Assembly (NCBI GenBank): GCA_973895155.1
Contig: OZ316891.1
Coordinates: 15,159,037-15,223,036 of the forward strand
Length of the DNA: 64,000 nucleotides
Origin: Marsupella aquatica
Taxonomy: Eukaryota > Plantae > Marchantiophyta
Reading direction: 5' to 3'
In this document: in pieces, positions 13,955-26,063 of the stretch
Layout: the number at the start of each line of letters is the position of its first letter
How positions within the stretch are numbered: the first letter of the stretch is position 1
Program-made: the position numbers and the translations under genes
The notes under the pieces: generated by a model
Databases searched by the model: none
What the model was told of the DNA's origin: nothing
What the model saw: the letters and a program-made list of their open reading frames with translations, nothing else

Positions 13955-14602
13955 TGTTGAGCATAGACGACACTCGTAACGATAAGCACATGACACATCA
14001 AACGCGCAAGTAGTCGACACAAGAGATATGTGGTTCACCTCCTCGAGGCTACATCCACGGGAACACACAAGCTCGGGGGTTTCACTTCCACAAAAATGGC
14101 ATATCACGTGCGACGAAGGATAGGGTCATTTTATTGGTTGTAAGGGAAGACTTAAGAATTTTTGTAGAAGAACAATAGGGTCTTTTAAATTCAATTTTGA
14201 GACTTATAAGAACACTAGGGCCTTTTTAATCCAATTTTTGGAATATTCCAAGAATATTCCAACTTTATAGGGGTTAAAAAATAATATTTTCTTCTTACAT
14301 TTTAGGGGGTCCAAGGCCTAAAAACGTCACAGGTGATGGGGAGGTCCCCATGTAGTGAGACCCCCGAGCACACAAGAGAGCTTTACTGAACTCTAAGCCC
14401 GTCGGCTATACCAAGTCTCCACAGTGTAAGCTCTCCTCATCTCTCAAGTGGCCCCATAACAATGAGCCTAAGTTCCACTTATCCAAGCAAACACCACTTG
14501 GCATATAGTGTGCATCCTAGTTAACCTAACCACGTATCCGAGTACGGTTAGTCTAACTATGGTTACATGTCGTAACCCTAGACCTTGAGTAAATACCTAA
14601 CA
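13955..14602 (-). repeat. Copia 3' LTR (343 bp plus MITE insertion)
   Basis: tgttgagcatagacg...aaatacctaaca; matches 20712-21054 with about 10 substitutions once the MITE is removed; adjacent to atctccccct (PPT on minus strand, ~14603-14613). Confidence 0.93.
14072..14368. mobile_element. MITE family B1, 297 bp, inserted in the copia 3' LTR
   Basis: TIR ctcgggggtttcact / agtgagacccccgag; perfect 8-bp TSD cacacaag (14064-14071, 14369-14376); the other LTR has the empty site. Confidence 0.93.
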
Positions 14603-14794
14603 ATCTCCCCCTTGACTCTGGTCTAGGGGAGGGTAATACTGCTAACCTATGTGATTCCTCACCGGGAAGTTCTGGACGAAAACCAACATGGTTTCCCCTC
14701 TCTAACTAGAGCAAACCAGAACTAAGCCGTAGCCTATTACTAGGAGTGAAGAAGAGCATATATCAGTAATTACAGCGAATGTTAACAAAAACCC

Positions 14795-17700
14795 TTACTT
14801 GTGACATAATTGCAAAACTTGCAGCACATCACGATGTCTAGAGAAACTTTCCAAAGGAATCACTTTCGTAAATGCGTCAGCTGGGTTGAGTTTACCGTCT
14901 ATCTTGACTAGCTCAAACAAATTATCAGACATAGCCTGCCTGATAAAATGGTACCTGACGTCTATGTGCTTCACTCTACTGTCCATCACCTGGTTCACAA
15001 CAAGGTGGAGCACACTCTGACTATCACAATGGAGCTCACATTCCCCTGCATGTGGCAATCCCATTTTAGTGATAAGTCTATCCAACCAAATTGCTTCCTT
15101 CGCTGCTTCCGTTGCTGCAACATACTCTGCTTCCGTAGTAGACTGAGCAATACACTTCTGCAAAGTAGACCTCCAACTTATGCATCCACCGCCAAGTGTG
15201 AACACGTACCCTGTTGTTGATCTCCTTCGATCCAGATCTTGTCCATAGTCAGAATCTACATAGCCAATCAATGATCTTGCATTATTTGCATTTGCATCAA
15301 ATAAAAGACCATGATCCATGGTACCCTTCAAGTACCTGATAATCCACTTCACTGCTTCCCAGTGTACCTTCCCTGGATTTGACATGTACCTGCTCACCTT
15401 GCCCATAGCCATGGCAAGATCAGGTCTAGTGCAAGTAATCAAATACATGAGACTTCCCACTGCCTTATCATAAGGAACCTTTGACATCAGCCCCTTCTCT
15501 GTTGCATCTGTGGGACAAAAAGCTGATGACAATTTGAAGTGTGAAGCCAAAGGGGTACTTACTGGCTTACTATCCCCCATGTTGAACCTGGCAATTACCT
15601 TCCTTGCATAACTGCTCTGTGTCAACCATAGCTTACCAGCCTCCAAGTCCCTAGTGATCTCCATACCCAAAATCCTCTTAGATGGCCCTAAGTCCTTCAT
15701 CTTAAACTCTGCACTTAGTAGTGCCTTGAGCTTAACAATCTCAGACCTATCCTTGGTCGCAATAAGCATGTCATCCACATAAAGTACTAAAATAATGAAC
15801 CCAAAGACAACATTTTTCACCGGTTTCAAATATACACAAGGATCAAACACACTCCTGTGAAAACCTTGTGACCGAATCCAATCGTCAAACCGCTTGTTCC
15901 ATTGTCTTGGTGACTATTTCAACCCATACAAGGATTTCAGCAATCTGCAAACCAGTTTCTCTTGTACTCTCTTCACAAAACCTAGCGGCTATCTCATGAA
16001 GATCACCTCTTCCAAGGTGCCATAGAGGAAAGCTGTGACAACATCCATCTGATCTAGCAGCAGACCAAACATTACAACAAGCACACACAATAGCCGTATT
16101 GTAGAGGACTTAGCAACTGGTGAGAAGACCTCATTGTAATCCACACCTTTCTCTTGTGTGAATCCCTTTGCTACCAATCTAGCCTTGTAGACCTTCGATC
16201 CACTTCCTATAGAATTATCCTTCAGCTTGTAAATCCACTTGCTGTCCACCACTTGCTGACTCTTAGGCAGCTTAACAAGCTCTCAAGTTTTGTTGTCCTT
16301 CAGTGATTGCATCTCTGTTTGCATTGCTGCAGTCCACTCCTGCTTCTCCTTTGAAGCACTTGCCTCATGAAATGAAGAAGGTTCCCCTTCTTCCAAAACC
16401 AACGCATCACCCTCATCATCAGCTGCAAAATTGTCCTCTTGCAATTGAGATGAATCAACCCACTGTCCATACCTAGGAGGAGCGCGTATAGTGCGACCAT
16501 ATGTTCTTCTAGTCAATGACTCCGGTTGAATTGCATCTACTGGTACAATTTGAAGCTTAGCAGCATCCACTTGCTGCTCACCAGCATCAACAAACTTCTC
16601 TTGTTCCTCTGGCACAGGAACCAACTCTATGCTTGGAGCACCTCCTTATCTCAGATCATGTACCTCATGATCAAGCTCCCCCTCAACAAGATCCGGGATA
16701 GGAGATTTTCCTTTGTCAGTACGGGAGACCTGAGTATTCTCCTCCTCCTTCAATAATCTGGATTCATTGAAGGAAACATCCCTACTGACAATGAGCTTAC
16801 AAGCAATAGGATCCCATAGCCTATAGGCCTTCACACCACTCTGATTCCCAAGAAAAATACATTTCTTGGACGTAGGATCCAACTTGGTCCTATTTTGCTT
16901 CGGTGTGAGAGCATATGCATCACTTCCAAAAACTACCAAGCCATGATAGTCCGCTTGCTGCTTATAATGCATTTCAAACGGCATTTTGAAATTGATTGCA
17001 CTAGAAGGAGAAAAATTTACCAAATAAGTTGCAGTATTGACAGCTTCTGCCCAAAATTCCTGTGGTAAACTTGATTGGCTCAACATACTCCATGACCGCT
17101 CCAACAGTGTTCGATTGAGCCTCTCAGCGACACCATTCTATTGTGGAGTATAAACTATGGTGAGATGGCGAGTTATCCTCTGTTCTGCACAGTACTCTTC
17201 AAATTCTATTGAAGTGTACTCCCCATCGTTGTCTGACCTCAGACTCTTCACCCTTGTATCCAAACACTTAACCGTGTTTTCTGACTGATTCTCCACTTGG
17301 GCCTTCCACTTTGTAAAAATGGACAAGACATCAAACTTATGCGTCATGAAATAAATCCATACAAATCTCAAGTAATCGTTAATAAATGATACATAGTATA
17401 ATTTTCCAGAGTGTGAGGGAGCCGGGGATGGACCCCACACGTCACTATGTAGGTACTTGAGAACTACTTTAGAACGATGAGTTCCAACACCGAAAGCATG
17501 ACAATGCTGCTTTCCAAAAATACAATGCTCACAGAAATCCAATTTACAAGACTGCAAATCAGAAATGAGCCCATTCTTTCGCAAGATAGCCAAACCCTTC
17601 TCACTCATGTGGCCTAGCCGTGAATGCCACAATTGAGTCATTTCCTCGTGAGACTTGGTTACATTGGCCTCTCCACATATTGTATTGCCCTACAGCACAT

Positions 17701-19345
17701 ACAAATTATTTCTTTTGCTCCCCTTCAAAATCACTGTCTCTCTCGACATGACTTGAAGTTCACCATCAATTACTCACCATTGATGATCATTTGTATCTAA
17801 CACACCGAGTGAAATCAAATTCTTACGCATGCCCTCGGGGGGTTAACTAAGTGTATATTTTGGGGTACCACGTGCGATCCTAGCCTATATAAATAGACCT
17901 ATTTTATAAAGAAAATATTCCAAGAATATTCTCTATTTTTAATATTAATGACCTATTTTACTTTATAAACTGTATATATTAACAAATATTCTATAAACAT
18001 GAGTTTATAATACCTTCTTTTGCCTCCTACGCTTTTTAAAAATTTAGTTAAGTTCTATCCAAAATACCTATTTTGGATCGCACGTGGTTCCTAAGATTTT
18101 TTATAGTCAACAACCCGAGCGCATGCCAGGTACAAACTTGACTCCAGACACTGTGCGCACAATGTCATCAAACATTTGAATCTTTACAGATCCAATACCC
18201 TCAACTCCACAGGAGTGATCATTTCCCTTCAGAACTGAACCGTTTGAAACAGCGTAAGAACTGAAACACTCGCGAATGCAACAAATGTGAAAGGAGCAAG
18301 CACAATCAAGAATTCACACATCGTTTGCTCTCCTAGATGATGTGCACAGGGCATACTCCTGGCTAAGTCATAAAATATACTCATCATTGAGTAAATTAAC
18401 TTCTTCATCAGCACTAGCCACATTGGCTGATGAAGATTCAGTTGCCGTACCCTTACAATCCCTCTTAACGTGACCAACCTTGTGACACTTCCAGCAGATT
18501 ATTGGCTTTCTCTCCTAGGACTTCTCCCTTGAAGCAAATCTTGTCCTAGATTTACTTCTTCCCTTACCATTTGTGCGCTGCTCTGGATGCTTCTGTGACC
18601 TCCCACGATTCACATTCAAGGCAGCACTAGACGACGATGATGGCTGAGAGGGCATGGTCAATTTTTGCTGCAAGTCATCAGTCAACAGAGCACTTACAAC
18701 TTCATTGTAAGTGATAGTCTTCCTGTCACGATGAAGCAGCACTCGTGACAATGACTGATACGACGAGGGTAAAGAGCTAAGCAAGTGAAGAGCCTGTCGC
18801 TCATCACTCAAATCCTTCCCCAGATTTTGCAAATCAACGACCAGGTTGTTGAAACCATCGATATGGTCCTGAATCTTTACACTTCCCTCCTTCATCTTGA
18901 AGCTCATCAGCTTCAAAGACGTGTAGAGCCGATTCGACAGCTCCTTCTGATGGTACTTTTGCTCCAACACGACAAACAATGACGGACAATCGACATGGTC
19001 CGCCACCTGCTTGATGACATTAGGCTGAAGATAGAGCATCACGGTGCTCACAGCCTGCTCCTGCATGTCATGCCAGTCATCATTGTCGACATCATTTGGC
19101 TGGTCCTTCAGCAATTTCCCAAACCCGATTGCACAGAGTACCCCCTTCACTTGTCACTCCCACAACAAGTAGTCCATGCGGCCATCGTATTTCGTAACCT
19201 CAAACTTAGGACCTCCAAGCTTGATTGTTCCCATCATTTTTCTTGTCACTCGCCGCAATATTGGTGACCACAATTCCGCTAGATCTTCTGCTTCCTCCTC
19301 TGTTCTCTCCGGTGACTCAATAGAACCCTCCTCCAAGTCACTCAT
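14795..19345 (-). pseudogene. Copia gag-pol, broken by stops, frameshifts and a MITE
   Basis: Gag KFEVTKYDGRMDYLLWE..LHLLSSLPSSY; GAG-pre-integrase LWHSRLGHMSEKGL; integrase YLHSDVWGP, SLRSDNDGEY; RT KARLVAKGFTQEKGVDYNEVFSPV, LYVDDMLI; RNase H GYVDSDY, STTEAEYVA, KHIDVRYHFIR. Confidence 0.93.
17834..18119. mobile_element. MITE family B2, 286 bp, AT-rich, inserted in the copia pol region
   Basis: Perfect 8-bp TSD cgcatgcc (17826-17833, 18120-18127); imperfect ~45-bp TIRs ctcggggggttaacta..accacgtgcgatcc / ggatcgcacgtggt..tagtcaacaacccgag. Confidence 0.9.
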
Positions 19346-20697
19346 GTGAGAAATCAAGAAAAAATAATGTTTTTCTCAACTTCTCAAAAAACTCAAAAGT
19401 TATCACCGCCACGTAGCCCACGAGCCTAGCTTTCCAACGCTGAAAACCAAAATCAAAACCAAACTCTGACGTAAAAGTTATTCACTTTTCGGTCGGGGTG
19501 GGTAAAACTTGGAATTCTCCCCCGTTTTGACCACCTCGGGGAATAACCAAAATGTGAACTAGTACCCGACGTTGGAAATGCAATTCAATTGTGCACCGCG
19601 TTGCCAACTCCTATGGCTAGCAACTTGCCGAAGATGAACAAAAAAAGTTACCTCTCGGGTGACAGAATCTTCAACGGACGGACAAAAAATAGCTCTATGG
19701 TTTTTAGGAATATTCTATGATCCTTGTACAGGGCCTGTGGGGATTTTGGAAGAGCAATCGAGGGGCTGACACATGTACTCGAACCCCAAAACCCCCTACC
19801 ACCCTTCGTCGTCGAAATCTGGTCGCGCGCGCAGAAAATACACACGGCAGAATGTACCCCTCGACACCAAACGCAAGATATCTCACTCGGGTTTTGACGA
19901 AATCAAGATCTGATTTCAGATTTGGAAACTAGACTCCGAGGCGGTGAAGATCGATATAAGAAGCACCCAAAACGAGGAAAGAACGAGGGAGAAAAAAATT
20001 GGTAAAAATGACAGATTTCTCTCAATTGCCATAGCCAATTTCGAATCAGTTTTTTCAAAGAGAAAAAATGGTACCTTGTCAACAACGAATATTGATGAAT
20101 TGCACTTTGTGCCGTCACCAAGTCCAACAAGGTAATTGATTTCGCTTAGCCTTCCTCTTCGCATCAAAGAGCCAATCCCGGACTCAAAACAATCGTCTTG
20201 CCTCAATCTCTCAGTTGAGTCAAAACACTTGACGCTTCTCCCTCCGAGTCGATTGCCACGACAAGAAACCCCGCTCAGGCAAAAGAGGACTCCATAGCCG
20301 GTCAAAAAATCAGAATGTTTCTTTTGCTCGTCCCGTCGCACACGGTACTCACTTGGTAACAAATCAGCTACCAAAGCAAATAGCTCGTCCTGATCTATAA
20401 GCAGAGCTACAGCATGCGATGCCTCCTTCGCCGTAGAGCTCACACCGTCGAGAAAATAAACTCTGGTCCCTCCTCCAAAAAACCGTCGAACACGAATGTT
20501 GCCGACTTAGATTTCTTTGCACCACGAGCTCCGTTCAGCGATTTCTTCACACCGTTAGAAAGCTCTTGCCCCGATCTATCCGTTGAGCCCATAAACTCCA
20601 AGTTTCATGCGACGCAACTCCGGGAAATCCACCGACACTCAACGCTGGAAAACCCGTCACAAAATCCCGTCACGAACACACGTCACCTCCCAGGCAT

Positions 20698-20709
20698 GCT
20701 CTGATACCA
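20698..20709 (-). promoter_or_regulatory. Copia primer-binding site (initiator tRNA-Met)
   Basis: gctctgatacca = TGGTATCAGAGC on minus, 2 nt from the 5' LTR. Confidence 0.92.
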
Positions 20710-20711
20710 AT

Positions 20712-21054
20712 TGTTGAGCATAGACGACACTCATAACGATAAGCACATGACACATCCAACGTGCAAGTAGTCGACACAAGAGATACGTGGTTCACCTCCT
20801 CGAGGCTACGTCCATGGGAACACACAAGAGAGCTTTACTGAACTCTAAGCCCGTCGGCTATACCAAGTCTCCACAGTGTAAGCTCTCCTCATCTCTCAAG
20901 TGGCCCCATAACAATGAGCCTAAGTTCCACTTATCCAAGCAAACACCGTTTGGCATATAGTGTGCATCCTAGTTAACCTAACCACGTATCCGACTACGGT
21001 TAGTCTAACTATGGTTATATGTCGTAACCCTAGACCTTGAGTAAATACCTAACA
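20712..21054 (-). repeat. Copia 5' LTR, 343 bp
   Basis: tgttgagca...cctaaca, adjacent to PBS. Confidence 0.93.
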
Positions 21055-22034
21055 GGTTTGACCTTGCTCGTCAAACTGGTCGAAAAGGGCCGACAAATTG
21101 GCAACCCGGCACCCGGGCTCAGGAGTAGTCCAAGGGGTGGGTTCGGCTTTGGGGGCGGTCCGGGGGGGTCTGGGTCCGGGTCCGAGGGGGTTCCGTCTTT
21201 AGGGTCCGGGAAGGGTCCGGGAAGTCCGAGAGGAGTCCGGGTCTGGAGCAGTTTGGGTTCGGGTTTGGGTCCGGGTGAGTTCGGGAGGAGTTCGCAAAAG
21301 GTCCGGGGGGGTCCGGGTGAGTTTGGGAGAATCTTATCAAATATCCATCAAATTGGTCGTTTTCGGGCCGTCATTTGATTTGACAATTTGACGTGCCCGG
21401 CAAGGCGTCAAGGTGCCCATCAGGTTAAACCGGGCATACAGATGATTGTAGTTAAACTCTTGCAATTAAACTCTTGTATTTATTAGACTGGAGTATCTTA
21501 TTGATTTGCATTGAAGGCAACAGTCTCCTAGGTCCACACCCTCCTCTCTTATGCATGGATGTGATTCGGAGTATCCTCCTTGATTCTTGTGTGCCATGCA
21601 TAGAATGCAGTAGCTCCCATTTCTCTTTTTCTTTGTCTCCCATTTGATTCCTTCTTGCTTGGAAAGGAGTTCATTCCTTCATTTGTTCACAGTAAATTTA
21701 ATTCTCTCTTTGGCTTGATCCCTCATTTGTTGACAGTGCAAACATTAAAATTTGTAATACGACCATGGTAAAAGTAGGCAAGAGTGCACATTATAGTGTT
21801 TGATTTCTTTCAACCAAACAAGGGTAAAAGTATGCAGGAGTGTATATTATAGTTTTTGGGTTCCTTCAATCAATTAATTATCACTCTGTTGAAGTAGACC
21901 CCTCATTCCTTCCTACACTTTTGTACAAACACTAACAAAATCTGTTCAGAAAAACTGAGACTAGGTTCTGGGTTGGGCTCTCACAAGTGATCATGGATCT
22001 CTGGTAAAGGTATTGTTTCCTTGCTGAAGTTCAG

Positions 22035-23503
22035 AGTCGCGGAACTCGACTACCTTAACACTGGCGTCGTTGACTCCGACGCCGAGCTCCCTTATGGTCC
22101 AGGCCCGGATAGGCCATCCGGGGAGGACTTAGCATGGGGAGACTCGTGGGCAATGAGACGTGGCACTGGCGAGGCGAGGGGCCAAGCTGGGGACACAAAC
22201 TAAGGACTTGGACTAGCCTATGGCTGGTCGGGTCAAGGGGAAATGGGCCGTCCAAACCGTCGGATGGGCTTTGAGTTTCGAGGGCTTGGGAGTGAGCTCC
22301 TCTTGGGCCCAAGGCCAATGGAGTTGACGCCATTGGCAACGGACGCTTGGGGCGCAAGTTGTGGCCCGAGCCGGGTTGGGCCGGTCGGGGGCCCCGAGCG
22401 GCGATCAGACCTGAGGGCCTAGGCATGAGCACTGGGTCGGCCCGGTCACAACGGGCTAAGGCACTCCGCGTGTGGACGCCTATCAAGAAAGTTATGGGCG
22501 TTGCCAGTTGGTGGCGCCCATTATGCGCGATGAGATCCGGGTTGGGGGCCAAATGTTTAGGGACCAAAGCTGGTCCGGGGGTGGCAAATCTCCAGAAGCA
22601 TATATGAGCGGAGTAGTGTCTCTCTGGGGGCTAAGGGCGAGCCGAAGTCGTGAGCCGCGGCGGTCGCGACACTAAGGGAAACCGCCAAACGGAAACGGCG
22701 ATATCTTCCCAACGGGATGTCCGTTGTAGGAATTCTTAGGTGCGTTGGAGAGCTCTTGAGGAGGGCTACGCCCTCCTGAGATCAAATGGGTCTGGGGGTG
22801 CCATGGGTTCTCGTGGTTTGCGGGTGTTAGCTCGCCCATTTGCCAAATCCTACCGAACAGCAGCCAAGCCACGTTCAGCCTCCCAAGGGAGCTTGCGTTG
22901 GGTAGGCAAGGCCAAGTAGGTATCGAGGCTGAGTCCCAAGGGCGCTCGGTCCCTAGACCATCAATGGGGTGAACCGGGAGTTGGTGTTAGAGTCAGGGCC
23001 GTTCCGGTCCCTGCGTGTGGGGACAAGCTTGGGACAAGCTTTAGGACAAGCTACGCTACTTGGGCCATGAGCATGTCCTGAGGTCAGGGCGGTCAGTTGG
23101 TGATGGATAGGTACGAGGGGGAACCCGGGCCGCGCCCAAGGAAGGAGCTATCCTGGACGGATAGTGGGCGTGGGTTCTCGTTCCGGCTTATGGCATCGGG
23201 AGGACCTATCGCTGACCTATTTACCAACGTCTATTGAGCTTGAGTTAGGATGCTAGACTTGGCGAGTTCTAGATCCGGTGGGGTTACTTACCGAGGTGTT
23301 TGGTTGCTTGTGCAGACAGTGAGGACCGTTGAGTAGCGGTCGTGTAGGTGAGCAAGTGCGGCTTCGTATGGGAGTGGCCGCTGGTGGTGCTAGAGGCACT
23401 TCGATGCTTGCTCGAGGTATTTCGTGGAGGCGTTCGGGCACCAAGAGCACTTAGGCGCGAGTGCTGGGATTGGTGAGGGCGCTGGGTGGCAAGGTCCACC
23501 ACT
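22035..23503 (+). mobile_element. Solo LTR 1 (1469 bp), gypsy-related, termini AGT...ACT
   Basis: agtcgcggaactcgac...ggtccaccact flanked by perfect 5-bp TSD ttcag; colinear with 23757-25256 and shares many blocks with LTRs 48673-50281 (e.g. gggaccaaagctggtccgggggtggca, tgggccatg.gcatgtcctg..g.cagggcggtcag). Confidence 0.9.
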
Positions 23504-23756
23504 TTCAGTCTATCTAGGTTGTGACCTTATGCCACCTTTTCAGGAGGGTATCAGATTCATCCAATTCTCTGGTCAAGTGACCAAAATACTTAGCAAAGTA
23601 TGCCTACATCCCTATAGTCGCACAAGGAAACACCAACCATTGGTGTAGAAGGAACAATACTATTAAGTGATATGATTGGGTTCATCATTATATGAACTTG
23701 AATGCACATTCTTTGAACAGTAATAGAAATGATGACTTATCATCATTTTGACATAT

Positions 23757-25256
23757 AGTCGCGAAACTCGACTACCTTAACACTTAGCTCCAGCGTCGCT
23801 GACTCCGACGCCAAGCTCCCTTATGGTCCAGGCCCGGATAGGCCATCTGGGGAGGACTTAGCATGGGGAGACTTGTGGGCAATAGGACGTGGCGATGGCG
23901 AAGGCAAGGCGCCAAGCTGATGTCACGCAATTAGGACTTAGACTAGCTGAGAGCTGGTCGGGTCGAGGGGAAAAGGGCCGGGCTCAAGGTCGACCGTCCG
24001 GACCCCCAAATGGAATTTGAGTTCTGAAGGCTTGAGTGAGAGCTCCTCTTGGGCCCAAGGCCAATAAAGTTGACGCCATGGGCAACGGACGCTTGGGGCG
24101 CGATTTATGGCCCAATCCGGGTTTGGCCGATCGGGGGCCCCAAGTGGCGATAATATCCGAGGGCCTAGGCATGAGCACTGGGTCGGTCTGATTGCAATGG
24201 GCTAAGGCATTCCGCTTGCGAACATCTAACTAGGAAGTTATGGGCGTTGTCAGTTGGTGGCGCGTCTAGACATGGGGGTTGGGGTCCAGGTTGGGGGCCA
24301 GAAGTTTGGGGACCAAAGTTGGTCCGGGGGTGGCAGGTATCCGAAAGCGTATATGAGGGGAGTGGTGTCTCCCCGGGGGCTAAGGGCGAGCCGAAGTCGT
24401 GAGTCGTTGCGGTCGCGGCACTAATGGAAAATGTCAAACGGAAACAACAATAACTTCCTAACGAGAAGTCCGTTGGGGGACTTCTTGGGTGCGTTGGAAA
24501 GCTCTCAAGGAGGGCTACATCCTCTTGAGCTCATCTGGGTCTAGGGGCCCCACAGTTTCCCAAAGTTTGCGGGTGCTATCTCGCCCGCTTGCCAAATCCT
24601 ACCGAAATAGCAGCCAAGCCGCATTCAGTCTCTCTAGAGAGCTTGCGTTGGGGAGGCATGGCCAAGTAGTTGTGGAGGTTGAGTTCCAAGGGCACTTGGC
24701 TCCTAGATCATCAGTGGGGCAAGAACCGGGAGTTGGTTGCCAAAGTCAGGGTCATTCTGGTCTCGGCGTGTAGGGATAAGCTTGGGACAAGCTTTAGGAC
24801 AAGCTACGCTATTTGGGCTATGAGCATGTCCTGGGGGCAGGGTGGTCAGTTGGTGATGGATAGGTAGGAGGGGGAACCCGGGCTGCGCCCAAGGAGGGAG
24901 TTGTTCTGGATGAACAGTGGGCGTCGGTTCTGGTTCCGGCTTATGGCCTCGGGAGGACCTATCGCTGACCTACTTACCAATGTCTGTTGAGCTTGAGTTA
25001 AGATGCTAGACTTGGGGAGATCTAAATCCTGAAGGGTTACTTACCGAGACGCTTGGTTGCTTGTACAGACAAAGAGGATCGTTGAGTAGTGGTCATGTTG
25101 GAGAGCAAGTGTGGCTTTGTATGGGAGGGGCCGCTGGTGGTGTAAGGGGCACTAGGTTGATTGCTCGAGGTATTCCGTGGAGGCGCTCGGGCACAAGGGG
25201 CACTTAGGCGTGGGTGTTGGGATTGGTGAGGGCGTTGGGTGGCAAGGTCCACCACT
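23757..25256 (+). mobile_element. Solo LTR 2 (1500 bp), termini AGT...ACT
   Basis: agtcgcgaaactcgac...ggtccaccact; TSD catat/catac. Confidence 0.9.
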
Positions 25257-25930
25257 CATACATAATATCTCATGCCTTTTTCTATCCACATAAATTTGGC
25301 GGGGCCCTAGAGTCAGGGTCTAGAGGCTTCACTCTAGAAGCCTACACCCCAATTCCAGCTTCTCATAGATGATTAGTTTTATAGATTATGGTAAATATCA
25401 TCAAACATGATCATCATTTTGAGGTATACATAATATCTCATCCTTCTTTCTATCCACATAAAATTTGATGGGGCCCTAGAGTCAGGGTCTAGAGGCTTCA
25501 CTCTAGAAGCCTAAACCCCAACTCCAATTTTTCATCGAGATTAGTTATATAAATGATGGTAAAAATCATCAAATATGATGATCATTTTGAATTACATAAT
25601 ATACCATCCTTCTGAGTTTCCATCCACATAAATTTTGGTGGGGCCATGGATACTTAATATGCCATCATTCTTTCCATCTAGATAAACTTTGTGGACACCT
25701 AGATACATAATATGTTGTCCTTCTTTACATCCACATAGATTTTGGTGGGTGGGCCCTAGATACTTAATATACCATCATTCTTTTCATTTACATAAACTTT
25801 GGTGGACCCCTGGATACATATATGCCATCCTTCTTTACATCCACATAGATTTTGGTGGGGCCCTAGACTCACATCTAGATGCTTCACTAGAAGCATAGAC
25901 CCCAACTCTAGCTTCTCATGGCCAGGCCAT
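25257..25930. repeat. Degenerate tandem repeat (core atccacataaattttggtggggccctaga, ~55-bp and ~170-bp periods), continuing at 28265-28385
   Basis: About six core copies; same unit resumes right after the Helitron end at 28264. Confidence 0.75.
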
Positions 25931-26063
25931 TAGTGATATAGACAAGCTTCAATGCTCATTATTTGACTGGTAATGAAATGCCGACAAAAACCATTATGCA
26001 TCTCATCATTTTAACATTTAATATTTTTATAAAAATTATCATCTTTTTTTTATCATTATAACA

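Larger units (their letters stand above)
13955..21054 (-). mobile_element. Full-length Ty1/copia LTR retrotransposon, mutationally inactivated
   Basis: TG...CA LTRs at both ends, 5-bp TSD agttt/ggttt, PBS and PPT present, gag-PR-IN-RT-RH order on minus strand. Confidence 0.95.
13947..21434. mobile_element. MITE family A (~380 bp), split by the copia insertion inside its left TIR
   Basis: 8-bp TSD catacaga at 13939-13946 and 21435-21442; rejoined left end acc(a/g)gtttgacct, right end aggttaaaccggg; body 21055-21434 is a reverse-complement homolog of 30884-31281. Confidence 0.8.

Noticed and set aside
19916-20443. 175-aa ORF in the long copia leader as an extra gene
   Set aside because: Non-ATG start, no recognisable motif, low-complexity Phe/Ser tail; likely chance ORF.
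21037-21378. Gly/Pro-rich ORFs here, at 30760-31092 and within the LTRs (e.g. 22055-22567)
   Set aside because: Products of GC-rich MITE cores and LTR sequence; not conserved between copies.
22035-25256. Two LTRs plus 253-bp spacer as one TRIM/LARD element
   Set aside because: Each LTR has its own TSD, they are diverged from each other, and the spacer has no PBS or PPT.
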